A stretch of 64,000 nt of DNA from NCBI GenBank assembly GCA_964252035.1, contig OZ176207.1; one strand, given 5' to 3'. Below the pieces are notes generated by a model. It did not search any database and was not told the origin of the DNA. It saw only the letters and a list, made by a program, of their open reading frames with translations. This document shows, in pieces, positions 48,317 to 61,650 of the stretch (its first letter is position 1; every line of letters starts with the position of its first letter). Origin of the DNA: Podarcis erhardii. Its lineage: Eukaryota. Made by a program: the position numbers and the translations under genes.

Positions 48317-49320
48317 CACTAACTTCTCTCTCCCCCCCCCCCCCACATGAGACAATAGGGCGAGTGCTGTGGGAGGGGGGCGTTTTTGATTACAAAAAGA
48401 ATTAGAAGGGAGAATGTTAATCACTGCTTCCTCCTAAGTCTCTTTCCTGCAATCAACTTTTAGTCCTTTGACCGCATTTCCCTAACAAAACAAAATCTTC
48501 AGACCAAACCACCACACATAGTTTGAGGCTCAGCACATGGTTAAACGTTGCCTTAAAATGATGCAGTATATATCATTAATCTCACCACTGTCCTGCCCCA
48601 TCATTTTCTGCTGATGGTTGGATTGGATTTATAGTCATATACATCCCACACAAAATGCAACTCAGAGCACAGCAAAAGTCTGGTTAACGGTCCCCTCACA
48701 TCCACTACCAGCCAAAAACGTGTTCATATGAAGTAGTAGCATCACATCCTTTGCCCTCTTGCCTTTTGTGGGCTAAGACCATAGTTCTTAGGCCCATGAT
48801 TGACAAAACCTCTCTCAACAGCTTGTATGTGAAATGCATTATAGCTAGCTTTAAGGGGTTAACAGCCAAATCCTGCATAGATTGTGCACAGGCTGTATGT
48901 AGATAAGTACATTGAAATTTATGAAACAGGGCTCTAAGGTTGCAGTCCTGTGCACATTTACTGTTGGGAGTAAAATCCGTTGAACTTGTGGGAAAGAAGG
49001 ACCAAAATAGAGAATGACAACAGCATGTTCATGATTGTTTCTTGTTTACTAAATAACAAGTATAGGAAATCCCAATCCAGACTGGGGCTGGGAGAGAGAG
49101 AAGATTCAAGCCTTTGCTCCTGTTGTGGTCCTGATCCAGATCACCGCCCCCAGTAGCTGTTTACAAATTGACCACCATTGTGTCTATTTTCACCCTTACT
49201 TCCAAGTAAACATGTATAGGATTGGGCTATTACCAAACTAATGACTACAATAGTTTCAGCATTACCCTCACCTGGTGGCTTTTTCAATTTTCTAGTTTGC
49301 CTTTATTGCTGACCAAGTTA

Positions 49321-49863
49321 CCGTACTTTTCTGTCTATAAGACGTCCCCTTGTATAAGACACCCCACCCCCCATTTTGAGAGGCTAAATTTTAAGAAAAT
49401 GAGGGGAGATGGCCCAAAGTTGTTCAGCCTCTCCCCCCACGCAGCTGTGGGCAGAAAACACTCCCTAGATCGTTTCCCACGAGCAGCAGCATTGGATGAA
49501 TTTGCGCTCCCTCCAGCCATCCGGTTTGCAGGAGAGCAACCTCCCCCAATGCCGCCATGCATGGGAAATAATCCAGGGAAACGATCCTGTGCGCAGCGGC
49601 ATTGGGTGAATTTGCGCTCCCGTCAAAGAGCTGGCTGGCAGCACGCTGCTTCTCCCCACCACGCAGCTGTGGGCAGTAAACACCCCTAGATTGCTCCCCG
49701 CTCGCTGCTGCATCAGGGGAAGCCGCGCTCCAGCCCACCGAATGTCTGGCGGCACACCGCCCTTCTCCCCGCTGCCATGCCACTATCCATGTATTGGACG
49801 ACCTCAGTTTTCTGAAGTGATTTTTGAGTCAAAAACCCTCGTCCAATACACAGAAAAATACGG
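49321..49863. mobile_element. Tc1/mariner-superfamily non-autonomous DNA transposon
   Basis: TIRs CCGTACTTTTCTGTCTATAAGACG versus CCGTATTTTTCTGTGTATTGGACG (20/24 identical), TA on both sides, and internal sub-repeats. Confidence 0.85.
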
Positions 49864-51629
49864 TATATTGTTTTACACCTGTGTGCATAATAATAGTTCA
49901 TAATAAAAATGTTCATTTCCCTGGAACATTCACAAGTCACTTGGGGAACCTAAGATCAAGAGTTGCCTTGCTGAATCAAAGCAAAATCCATCTAGATCAG
50001 CATTCTGCTGTTAATATCAGAAAGCAAAGACCTCTGCAAGCTGTCAAGCAAGGCATAGAAATGAAAGGCACCAGCTGTTCCTTTGAGGTATACTGCCTTC
50101 ATCTATGTAGGTTCAACCATTTTTCACAAAGCAATCTCATCACATCTTAGGATGCTGAGTTAATTATTAACTTTGTACAGAAGTATTTTCTTATGTCAGC
50201 CTTGAACTGTATGCAGACCACTTCTTTGAAGACCTTGAATTATGAGATGAGAGGTAGGGGAAAATTCGCTCTCTGCCCATGCTTTGCATAGTGATAAGAA
50301 CATCGCCTCAACTGAAGCAAAAAAATACATAACCTGTATGCCACAATAAACCTTTAAGGTAGTCATTGTGGGTTTTGCTGCAACAAACAAAAAACTGCTG
50401 ACATTCTGGAGTAAGCTAGAGGGCAGAACATTTTCTATGTGAATTCTCAGCTACATAGAAGAGATAATAACAAATATATCAGGAATCCACTAGTTTGCTT
50501 TTCATGCCTTTGGTATCATATTCCATTATTCTCTGCAGAGTGGTTTTAATTAAACCAACTTGTGATCTTTCAGATGAAAGGTGGTATACAAATTTTAACA
50601 ACAACAGGCCATTCAGTAAATGCTAATTTACCATTGTAGATATAACTTTAGAAATTGGTTGCCCGTAGTTCCTGCCAAAATCTGAGAAGCATTTTAAAAC
50701 ATGTTCAGTCAGAAAGCATCATCCTGTGTTAAGCTGCTACCTCTATTTGTCCACTGTTGCAGTAACGGATGGCTCACATTTATCTTAAGATCAACTGAGT
50801 AACACCCAAACTTGGCTGCCAAATGTCTCCTTTCGCCTGCCATTTTTAAGTGGCCCGCCTTTATATCAAAAAGTTGGTTCTGATACAAAATTACACATGT
50901 GATTTGATGATTCAAGAGAAGCCCATAAAAAGAACAAAATGTCTTGTGGCACCTCAAAGACTGAAATTTGTTGCCTGAAAACAACAGAGTCTTTTTAAGC
51001 CTAGCAAATTTGTTATGGTGAAAGTTTTTGTGGGTTAGAGTCCACCATGAAAGCTTATTCCACAATACATATGTTAGCTGCCAAAGAATTCTCTGTTGTT
51101 TTCGTACTATGAAGCAAATCAATTGATTCAGCTGAGCCAGAACAGAACAGTATGAAACTTGCTGAGAAATTCTAGTACAGCAACTCCAAGCTGTAACTGC
51201 CTGTTTAAGTCTTTTTGCCAGAGTATTGTTAATTTGGGGTCACCAGCAGGGGATCCTGCTCTTCCACTGAATGTTGCCATTTTTTATATCAGATTTGTGT
51301 TCTTTAGTACAAATGGCCTGTTTATGGGCCAGCCTAATACATTTTGGCACCTGAGGCAAACCACAAAATGGCACCCCCTCCCTGCCAGGGAAGAAGGGGT
51401 GAATGAATATCTACACCAGGAAAAAGGGAGGAATAAAGATCTATTTTGGGATCTGCTGCCCCTGTAAATCCTGCCACCTGAGGCTGTTGCCTCTCCTTGT
51501 CTCATGGGTTATCCAGGCCTATTCAGACAAAGGCATTGTTGAAAATGGTGTTTTATGGGCAGGTGAATGAACTCTGATGGCATGGCTAATGTTATTAGGT
51601 CCTGTCTCCTGCTTGAAAACTTATTTGAT

Positions 51630-51780
51630 ATAATGATAATGATATAATGATAATGATGATGATGATGATAATGATAATGATAATGATAATGATAATGATA
51701 ATGATAATTTATTATTTATACCCCACCCATCTGGCTGGATTTCCCCAGCCACTCTGGGCGGCTTCCAACAAAATATTAAA
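51630..51780 (-). mobile_element. L2-type LINE 3' tail with (ATG/ATA)n microsatellite
   Basis: Trinucleotide run followed by TTTATTATTTATACCCCACCCATCTGGCTGG...CCAGCCACTCTGGGCGGCTTCC, the same tail as at 8409. Confidence 0.75.
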
Positions 51781-52249
51781 AATATTTTATCACTGCCTCT
51801 CCTTCTTTCTCAGTCTTACAGTCTTTCCCTAGCTTACAGATGACTTAGTCCTAACAGATGACAAATATTATCTTCAGCAGAGTCAATCCATTCAAATGAG
51901 TCTTATGCCTCTTTACAATTCCTATAATCCAATTTTTAAAAAGGCAGAATCACATTTCAAGATTACTATTTTTAAACAGATGCAATGTGCAGAAGGGAGT
52001 AGTAGACATTGATAAGTCTGTAAGATCTTCTTGATCACAAGGTGATAGATGGATGCTGGATGCACACATACTAAAAAAAATGGAGATAGGTGCTGCTTCT
52101 AAGTATTTGTCCCACCTTTGTGGAAGAGACGCTCTCTGGGTGTGGAAGATAGAAACATGCAATATCATATCCCATTTATAGCATGCTTTGATCCAGCATC
52201 TACCCTCCATCACCCTTGATAGCCAGTATTCTTGCAAAACTCTATCACT

Positions 52250-52462
52250 GATCATAACACTTTAAATTCCGTGTTATACAGTTTCACCTGTGTTACAGAA
52301 TGTAAGTACCCGGTGTGCCATATACACCATGTTGGAAAAACGAGGGCAGACCTTTGTTACAATTTCAAAAAATCACAAATGAGTAGTCGCACACACACAA
52401 GCCTTGAAAAACCTGTTGCCACCTGCTTAAACGAGCACAACCTTTCAGATTTGGAAATATAG
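52250..52462 (+). mobile_element. Penelope-like element, GIY-YIG endonuclease remnant
   Basis: Translation LYSFTCVTEC..HVGKTRADL..EKPVATCLNEHNLSDLEI resembles the PLE GIY-YIG C-terminus (YC..C..YIGxT..L..R..H..KPV..HFN..H..SDL). Confidence 0.65.
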
Positions 52463-52506
52463 CCAAAAGAAAAACAAACAAAACTCATGTACTACTCATA
52501 TTGCAT

Positions 52507-52655
52507 CTGAAGAACTATGCCCAGTCCTGGACATCACATATTTAGAAGAATTTAGATAATTTGGAACAGGTGCAGAGAAGGGCCACGTAGATATGGTCCA
52601 TAGTATAAAAGACAAGCCCTATGACTGGGTATATTTAGCCTGAAGAAGAGAAGAT
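52507..52655 (+). mobile_element. Old CR1 LINE fragment
   Basis: TATGCCCAGTCCTGG...TTGGAACAGGTGCAGAGAAGGGCCAC...TTTAGCCTGAAGAAGAGAAGA matches CR1 ORF2 3' coding sequence (LEQVQRRA; FSLxKRR). Confidence 0.6.
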
Positions 52656-53260
52656 TGTGACAGTATTCTTTTCACACACACACCCTGCAACAAATAAGAC
52701 AAGGTATTTAAAATCAACACAAAGTAAAACTGATTTGTAGCTAAATATTATTAAGTTGGTTGCGCTTGTAATAAAGTCTAGGAACACTATGCTAAACCCA
52801 GAACTGCAGTATAACATCTGATCAGTAGAGGGCAGACATAACCCAAGAAATCTGTACCAAAGAAGAAATTACATTATTGCGATAGAATGATTGTCCTGTT
52901 ACCTTTGAAGAATAAAGGGACAATTCTGACATTGTTAAATGTCTTATTGGGTCCATTACCCTCAGATCTAAAGGAAAGTTCAAGCTTACCAGGTTCCATG
53001 AAAATATCTCACTTTATGGAAACATCCATACCTTATAGGTGCAGAAGACTACTGTATATTCTATGCCAAGATACCACCTTTTGCTTATATAGTTCATCAG
53101 GGTTCCCTAAAAAAGAAGGATCTTAACTAAACAGTGTTCGAAATGTAGCTGAAAAGTGGGTGCCACCAAACGGCTTTTCTTCATTCTGAACAAGCAGGTT
53201 AGAAAACAGAAATATTACAGCCTTGCAGTCTAGGTCTTAAAATGTATCTGTGATTCTCAC

Positions 53261-55702
53261 CTGTACACTGTTATCAGGGATGAGATTTTCACCCAGAGAT
53301 TCATTCCCAATTCCAGAATCGTCCTTCAGAATGGGATCATCTGTGGCCACTGAGGGGTTTGGTTTCAGAAAGGCAAACTCATTCCGGTCTGCCTTAGACG
53401 CTAAGCACACTTCATATGAATAGGGCAATGTCAATGTCCCATTATTGTAATTGCAGGAAAATTTGTGGCCCAAGCTAGAGTACAAGTCAGTATTGTAGGA
53501 TCCAAGCACTGTTGGGCTTCTCTGTCTCCGACATTTAAGTATTAAAACTGTTAAGACTGTAAAAAGGAATAAGAATGAGACCAAAGCCAAGGCTATAACT
53601 AAAATGGCATTCATATCAGACTGATACTTAGAGTCAATGGCTGGTTTGCTCATTTCCGGAAGTGCCTCTTGGAAGTTCTCGGCAACCACGAGGTTGAGGA
53701 CCACAGTAGCTGAGCGCGGAGCCTTCCCATTGTCCTTCACCAAGATGACCAGCTTCTGTTTCACAGCATCTTTCTCCAGAAGGGCTCGTGACGTCCTGAT
53801 CTCTCCCGTGTGGGTCCCAATGGTGAAAAGGGCCGGCTCTGTGGCCTGCAGCACTTGGTAGGAGAGCCAGGCATTGTGCCCAGAGTCTGCGTCCACAGCC
53901 ACCACTTTGGTCACTAGGTAGCCTGGCTCTGCCGAGTGAGGAACCATTTCAAACAAGGCAGAGCCCTCAACACCCGGGAGAGGATACAGAACGCGAGGGC
54001 TGTTATCGTTCTGATCCAAAATGTACACCCACACAGTGGCATTGTTGCTGAGAGAGGGAGAGCCGCCATCTTGGGCCTTCACTTGGATCTGAAACTCCCG
54101 GAATTGCTCATAGTCAAAGGAGCGCTGTGCATAGATAGTTCCCGTCTCAGAGTTGATGGAGACATAAGAGGAGAGAGGCAGCTCCTCCATGTTGCTGTTG
54201 AGGATGGAGTAAGTGATACGTGAGTTGCGGTCCAGATCTGGGTCCGAGGCTTTGAGGGCAAAAATGGAGGCACCTGAGGGATTGTTTTCAGGCACAAAGA
54301 CACTGTAGGTTGATTTTTCAAAGGCAGGGGGGTTGTCATTGATATCTGAAATCTGCAGGGAGATGGTTTTGTTGGAGGAGAGAGGGGGGCTACCTTTGTC
54401 AGTGGCCGTGATTGTGATGTTGTATCCTGAGGCTTTTTCTCTGTCTAGGGGGCTCTCTGTAAGTAGCTTGTAGTAACTGTTAGATGAAGAAATAATTTTA
54501 AAAGGTAAATTATATTGTATGTGGCAAGTAACTTTCCCATTTTCTCCTTCATCTCTATCATCCACATTGATCAAAGCTATCACAGTTCCTGGTAGGGAGT
54601 CTTCAGGAACTGGACTAAACATAGATGTTAGCAAAATCTCTGGAGCATTGTCATTCTCATCCAGAACATCAATCTCGACTTTACAATGTGCCAGTAGTCC
54701 ACCACCATCTTTGGCTTCCACTAACATCATATAGCTTCTGGATTCTTCAAAGTCTAAAGTCTCTCTAACTAAAATTGCTCCACTTTCTGGATCCAGGCTG
54801 AATTTCTGTTTTGCTTTAGCGGGGATATTGCTAAAACTGTATCTTATCTGTGCATAAGGACCTTCATCTGCATCTGAGGCTTTCACCTGGATCACTAACG
54901 ATCCTTTTGGTGCACTCTCTTTTAGGCTGAGTTTATAGACTTCCTCAGTGAAAACAGGTGGGTTGTCATTGGCATCAGTGACATTAATCCATATCTGGGC
55001 TGTTCCAGTTTTTCTTGGTTCTCCACCATCCAGGCCTGTAAGGATCAAGTGGAGTTTGTGCTCACTTTCCCGATCCAGAGGTTTGCTTTGCACTAAAATA
55101 GGGTATTTATTTCCATCTGGACTTTCTTTAACTTCCAAGGTGAAGTACTGATTACTGCTCAGCTGGTAATTTTGCAGAGAATTTATTCCAACATCAGGAT
55201 CTTCAGCACTTGCAAGGGGGAATATGGCTCCAGTCAAGCTAGATTCGCTTATTTCTAGCTTGATATCATCTTTTAAAAATTGTGGTGCATTATCATTAAT
55301 ATCCTCTATGGTGATGCTTATATGAAAAACATTTAGAGGGTTTTCAACCACAGTTTCAAAGTTAAGGACACAACGTGGTGATTTCCCACAGATTGCTTCT
55401 CGATCTATTTGGTCTCTGACATAGAAGTCTCCATGTTCCTCATTCACAGTAAAGAACTGAGCATTAGCTGCAGAAACAATACGGAGCTTCCTCTTCACCA
55501 GGTCTCTCTTACTCAGACCCAAATCCTTGGCCAGATTTCCCACAAGAGAACCCTTCTCCCTTTCCTCAGGAATTGAATACCAGACCTCTTCCGACATTGT
55601 CAGGCAGAACAAAGAGAATAACAAGGAAAGCTGTACTTGCCGCCGGAGTGGCTCCCTGCTCCCTGTGATCTTCAGCCATTTCCTCGGCTGCTTTGTTTGC
55701 AT
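53261..55702 (-). CDS. Protocadherin gamma variable exon, B-type-like (814 codons)
   Basis: Signal peptide, EC1-6, TM and cytoplasmic segment; gamma-B-like ENPLNVFH and [34 protein letters not shown]. Donor CAG|GTGAGA at 53261. In-frame upstream ATGs at 55771 and 55807 make the start uncertain. Confidence 0.93.
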
Positions 55703-55930
55703 CTTTTCTTTTCTGATTCGGGTCTTCAAGTTTCTTTCATGCTGCAAGAAGTTGTTGTCAGGAGCAGGCATCGTTCCGTGATGCAGTCTTAACAGGGAGG
55801 GATCCATTTTTGGTAGGATGCTATATTGTTGTCCCTCAATTCCAGCTCCTTCAGATTTGCAGAACTTAACTCAGTAATTGTTACATCACAGGAAAAGTGA
55901 ATGGACCCCTGATTTCTATCCTTATCCCGT

Positions 55931-55975
55931 ATTGGCCAACAGCGGCACTCTGAGTCTCTGCTGGAAAACTGCAGG
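55931..55975 (-). promoter_or_regulatory. Conserved sequence element (CSE)/CTCF site of the gamma-B exon promoter
   Basis: Minus strand reads CCTGCAGTTTTCCAGCAGAGACTCAGAGTGCCGCTGTTGGCCAAT: the CGCT box with an upstream TGCAG module and a CCAAT box, ~230 bp upstream of the ATG at 55702. A matching element sits at the gamma-C3 promoter. Confidence 0.85.
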
Positions 55976-57100
55976 AGCACCTACTGGCACAACATTCTGA
56001 TAAGAGTTCAGTGGCTGACAGGGTAGCAACATTTCTCACGAGATGTGCACAGGTTTATGAAATTATTTGGTTGTGTGTGCATTTCACAATTCTCTCTAAG
56101 GCAGTATGTGCAAGAGTGAGCACACATATGATGAATACAGGAAAAACTCTGAAGTTATTACCTTAAGTATCATTGGGCTTTGTTTGAACAAAGCACTTGG
56201 CACTTAATTGAGAAGGTTTCCTTCACAATAGCCCCCCCCCCCACAGCAAAACCTTATATTGTTCAGAAGGTCTAAAGGCAATGCCCATAGTACCAGCTTT
56301 TGTGCCAGACTGCCAACCTCTTTTTATGATTAGAGGAAGAAACTGAAGCAGAAAGGGGTGGGAGTCATTATGAAGAGCTGTTATGTGGGGAACAACTACA
56401 AGTGCTGGGCCCTTGCTCCCCACCCCCTAGAATTTCTGAATCCACAATACTTCCATTTCATAGGACAGGAATGGGCAGACATCAAGTTAATCTATCAGTC
56501 AGAACCAGGTGCAAAAGACATAGGGTTGTAGTCAACTAAGTCCTGCTCTGAGGTAGACTCAGTGACATAAGTGAACCTAAGTTAGGCATGTCCATCAACT
56601 TCAACAGGTCTGAGTAGGACTAGCATTGAGTACCACCCACAGAATTAAAGAACAGGCTTCTTCTGAGCACATTCTGAGCCAAGGAATATGTTTTCAGTAC
56701 CAGAACAGAACTGTTCCACAATCATTCTACACAAAAGTTCACTCCGGGTTAGTTTTCCTCATTTCAGCAGCCTAATTTAGGTGAAAAAAGTTTTTTGTTA
56801 CTGTTAAGCTGGGAGCCAGAAACCCTTGCCATTCTGCTGAAAATCACCCAAAGATCTATCGGTGGATCCTGACCCACCACCTGCCCATCTTTGTCTAGGA
56901 TACTGCATGCGATACTTCTGCAATAATTGCAACAATTTTGTTTTTTAGTCTTATATCCTATTCAGTCTACAGAGACTGATGATAGGCAAGAATGTTATAT
57001 AAACAGACAAGTTGCAAACGATAATTGTAGTCATGATGACAAAATCACAGAGTTTGCAATATGTTCCTAAAATGAGTATGGGCCATACAGGAAGTATATG

Positions 57101-58760
57101 TCTGAGTCCACATCCATGGCTACCACCTTAGTGACCAGGTAGGTAGCCTGGCTCAGAGGAGTGAAGGGCCAGCTCTATCCCTATGGAACCATCAGTGGGA
57201 GGGAAGGGGTACAGGATTTGGGGAGCATTGTCATTTTGGTCCAGGATGAAGAGAGTCACTGAGACTTTGGAGCTGAGTGGTGGAGAGCCTCCATCCTTCC
57301 ATGGAACTTAATCTCCTGGAACTTTTCATAAATGAAGGAACATCAGGCATAAATAACCCCAGACAGAATTAATAGAGTTATATAGACAAATTACTGATCT
57401 CATTTTTAATAAGTTATTCTCAGTCTGGATAAGTTGTTCTTCATGGACCTCACAACCCTGCCCCAGGACTGGATAGCTGAGATCCTGGCTGGCTCTCAGA
57501 CTCTTCCTCATCTCTTTGGGGGCCACAGACTCAGAGAAGAAGGTGAACCAGGCAGGAACTTAAGAGTTGCCACAGTGCCTGGCTAGTTGCTGCAGAGGCT
57601 ACTCATGAGAAGGAATCAAATGGAAACAAGTCCTGACTGAGATCCCGGAAGGGGTGGATCCTCTAGCTCCTGTATAAGTTCCCAGTCTAAGTTCCTTCAC
57701 TGCTGAAGCAACAGCTCCCATCTCTTCTTCAGTCTGCCTGACGCACAGAAACAGCCACCACCTGGCACCAAACTGTAATGATTGCTGATCGATTTCTTTA
57801 GTTTGAAAGGGAGACTGTCAGAACTGAACACAGGATTTCTCTATGGATTCTTTAATCCTGATTTTACATGTTTAGGAGGGCTTCTGTTGTCATCTTGAGA
57901 GAGATTTCTTTGGGGTTTTTTTTGGCAGTACAATATGTGAGGATATGCCTAATTAAAGAGCATAGCCATACACAGGTAACAAGGATAACAAATATTAACA
58001 ATCTCCATATTGAGCCTGGACTCACTGAATAATGGAGGCTTGTTTAAAGCCCAAGGCACTGTCATTGCATCAAGAAATGTGACTCAGGTTTTTGAAGTAC
58101 CAGACCTTTCTGACTCTCCTCCTTAATATACTGTGAGGAGCAGATGGTGAGCAGCTTCCTCTTTGTGGTTAAGAATTCTTTCTACCACCAGTTCAACATA
58201 TCTGGCACCTCCAGCTGCTATTTTCATGTCCAGGAAAAAATTATTCTTTTTGCTGATTTTGTAGTTCTAGAGAGAATTGGTTTCCAAATCAGTGTCTTGT
58301 GCCTTATAGATGGCAAATTGGAGTTCTCTTGCTTTATTCTCACCAACTTTTGTTTCTGGTTCTTCTGATGGGAACCTGGGCCCATTGTCATTAATAGCTA
58401 TCATTTCAATTTCCACTCCATAAATTTTCATTGACCCCTCCATATATAATCACAAAATTCATCACACACTTCTCTACATGGCCACAAATTCCTCTCCATA
58501 TATTTGGTCTGTGGTGTGTAAATGACCAGCTTCAGAGTAAAATACTGAGACCTATATTGTGAAAACAATGTATACCTCTCTCTGAAAGATCTCTTATATC
58601 CAGTCTCATCTCATTTGTGCAGAAGAAGCATGCACTCTACTACTGAAGCCACAGTTCTCCCTTTAATTGCTGTTAGAGCTGACCATGATTTGGCCACACC
58701 ATTTTAAAGAGCCCCAGAATACGAGGAACGCACTTTTGAGTATGTGTAGACTGCCTGTCT
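57101..58760 (-). pseudogene. Decayed protocadherin gamma A-type variable exon
   Basis: Minus-strand remnants in order: EC1 (..CGHVEKCVMNF..MKIYGVEIEMIAINDNGPRF, 58380-58431), EC2 (YVELVVE..HHLLLT; stops at 58267-58269 and 58123-58125), EC4 (LPFKLKKSISNHYSLV, ~57768-57830), and EC5/6 ([52 protein letters not shown], ~57135-57297). Frameshifts, deletions and insertions throughout. KIYGVE and PTDGSxGxELA are gamma-A signatures. Ends are approximate. Confidence 0.85.
57435..57765 (+). mobile_element. Possible old solo LTR inserted in the gamma-A pseudogene
   Basis: Non-cadherin segment between the EC4 and EC5 remnants. It begins with a TCATGG-like start and has a TATA-like TGTATAAG near 57671, a layout similar to the LTR at 11773. 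No TSD resolved. Confidence 0.35.
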
Positions 58761-59634
58761 TTTATTGCTAAGTCACCGCAATAAATTTTCACGTGTCTGA
58801 TGTTGGTGGGAAGTATAACAGGGCACAAGTAAAGTTGGGTTCCAAAATATTGGTTGGGGTGATGCAATACTTTCTGACTTCTTATAACAGCTGATTGTCT
58901 CCCACACCCTATTACAAACCATTCTTGAAACTCAGTTTTTATTAGCTTCAAAAGCCCCATCCATTATGGCATGGGGACTGCAAGTGAACAAAAAGACGGC
59001 CCACAAATGCTCCCAGATTCACGGAAAGAGTCTTCTCTGGATCCTGGCCCAAGTCTTTCATGAAGCAGAAAACATTGGCATGATCTGAACTATTTTGGGG
59101 GAAATGTTTTACAGTTGTAAAATATATGCAAAATTTGTAGTACACAAAGAGTTCAAAAATATGAACAGATTATTTTAAACAGATTTTACGCAAGTGCAGC
59201 ATTGAAAATGTCTCCTGATACTTACCCTCTTCAGAGATCCCTATTTCTATGTGGAGGTTTGTGGCCAACATCAATATACTATTAATTAGCAAGAAGAGAT
59301 CACTTCCCTATCTCCCGACAGCTAAAAAAAAAATAGTAACTTTTTAAAAAGCAAAGCTAATCAAGTAAAATTGCTACCTTATTTAATGAAAGTGGATATA
59401 ACAAACACACTTCTCAGATTGTTATGAGCTCCTCTTAGAATGGTAGTACTTCAGTACTTCATTCTGCTAAGCATAATTACATGTCAGGAAGTCCAATAGA
59501 TTTTAGTGAAGCATACTTCCAAGTACATAGGATCATGAGAGCAGCCAATTAAAATCAAAGTTATTACTAGGAAACAAACATAAACAGAAACAATGTTAAG
59601 GAAAATGATTCACAGTGAGCTCAGTGGTCTAGAT

Positions 59635-59770
59635 CAGTGTTTCCCAACCTTGTGCCTCCAGCTGTTTTTGGACTACAATTCCCATCATCCCTTGCCACTG
59701 GTCTTGCTAGTCAGGGATGATGGGAGTTGTAGTTCAAAAACAGCTGGAGGCACAAGGTTGGGAAACACTG
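59635..59770. mobile_element. hAT-family MITE, near-perfect palindrome
   Basis: Long inverted arms CAGTGTTTCCCAACCTTGTGCCTCCAGCTGTTTTTG... with an exact 8-bp target duplication GTCTAGAT at 59627-59634 and 59771-59778. Confidence 0.9.
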
Positions 59771-60471
59771 GTCTAGATAAAGGAAAATGAGTCATTTCAG
59801 CAAGAGATGCCCACCTCACTACCTCTTTCTATGGTTGTTCACTGATTATTCCTTCATGTGTAGAATTCATGCACATTCCCCAATGTTTGTGCTGTCTCTG
59901 GCCCTGTCCAACATCTGCATATTCAGTGGAGCATTGGGAAGAAGAACCTACACGTTTACAGCTGTATGTGCATAGGTTTTAACCTGGCTTGGGTGTTATG
60001 ACTGAACAAGGAATTGCAGTATTGTAAGGGTGCTGCATTATCAGGGTTCTCAATTGTGAGGAGGCTTCTAAGAGCTCAGTGCAGTGGATGGAGTCAGCTG
60101 ACTGCAGGGCTGGCAAACAGGACCCCATGCGCCTTACTTGTGTTACAATTCTTTTCAGGTATAATAAAAAAACCTCTTTGTACTCAGTTTCTGTTGCATG
60201 GATTCAGCCTCTCCTCCACTGAAGCCATAATGCCACACCCTAGGCATCTCTTTTGTGTTACATCACATCTCCATGGCAGCCACTTTGTGTCAAGACACGC
60301 CTCTATAGCAGCCATTTGTGGCTGGTGCCCACAACTCTCTCTCCAAATTCCAAATGTGCTTACTGGACAAAAAAGGCTGGCTACCCTGCTTTATATTCAC
60401 TATGCAAGAAAGGCCATTATTTGACTTGACCATTATCAGTTTGGACATTGTCCTGTGCAAATGTCAGAAAA

Positions 60472-60634
60472 NNNNNNNNNNNNNNNNNNNNNNNNNNNNN
60501 NNNNNNNNNNNNNNNNNNNNNNNNNNNNNNNNNNNNNNNNNNNNNNNNNNNNNNNNNNNNNNNNNNNNNNNNNNNNNNNNNNNNNNNNNNNNNNNNNNNN
60601 NNNNNNNNNNNNNNNNNNNNNNNNNNNNNNNNNN
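60472..60634. other. Assembly gap (N run)
   Basis: Run of N bases. Confidence 1.
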
Positions 60635-61650
60635 TTGTATGAATGGCAAATTTTTTAAAAAACCTATGTTTATTTTAAGATAGGTTTCGTTTCATTTGGA
60701 GCTCAAAGGTCAAACCCTGAGGAAGATAAGGAAAGCGGACCGAGGTGGTCTCCTCAGGTGAAGTACAAAATACAACACGAAAAGAATCCCAGGCCTCATT
60801 AGATTTTTACTCCATTCCCATAAAAGGTCACTGAAATTCCTCGAACATATTGGGTTTAAATGAAGTTACCTTTACTCTTATCGAGGTTTTATTCCATATT
60901 CTGATTGTAAAACATGCCACAGGAAATGTGAACATGGATGGCTCTCTTGCTAAAGAGCATATTCCATAGTCTGTAAGTTCTTTTCCAGGTGCTGTGACCC
61001 CAGCACACATATGATCCACACAATATCTGTTGTTGACACATGAACAGCCCAGACTATTCTCAATCACAGCGACGTGGAGAAATGTGTGTGAACCAGCAAT
61101 ACATGCAACCAAACAAAATGTCCATGATAAGGGAATGTCACAAAATGCTGATTTCTATATTTTTGTATTACTAGTTCACAACATGTAGTTATATTATCCA
61201 TGTTATCATGGGTGCCTTTGTTGTCAAGCTTCTACTAGGATGGCATATGTGTGGGAGAATGCTATTCTATTAGATGCTATTAATTTTCGGGGATAGAAAA
61301 CCATATGGATAGAATTAATCTACTCAACAGATTGGGGAAATTATTCAATCTATAGCTACACTGATATAGCCAGCAAAATCACAACAAAAGCAGAAAAATA
61401 AGATGCTCAGCTTAATTTAGGAATGACTCACTTGTAAGAGTGCCATGAATCCAAGTACCCGTTGGATGTGCTAAGTAAGCATGTTCAGAATGCGTCAGTG
61501 GCATGCCGTTCAGGCAGGTCTAAGTACTGGTTCTTCCCATATAAAGCATCAGACACTTGAGCAGATAATGATCTAAAAGCAGTAGCTCATAATACCTATG
61601 AGGAAGAAAGATGTAGTGCCTACATCACAGTTTCTGAAAGCCAAGCTTAC

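Noticed and set aside
54948-55050. Second conversion tract in EC2 of the gamma-B exons
   Set aside because: The protein is near-identical but many synonymous sites differ, which fits purifying selection instead.
59218-59226. ATACTTACC as a U1 snRNA 5' end or an orphan splice donor
   Set aside because: No further U1 sequence follows, and I found no convincing exon upstream of it.
60828-61112. 94-aa ORF with an IENSL word as a cadherin relic
   Set aside because: No collinear cadherin motifs; I could not assign it.
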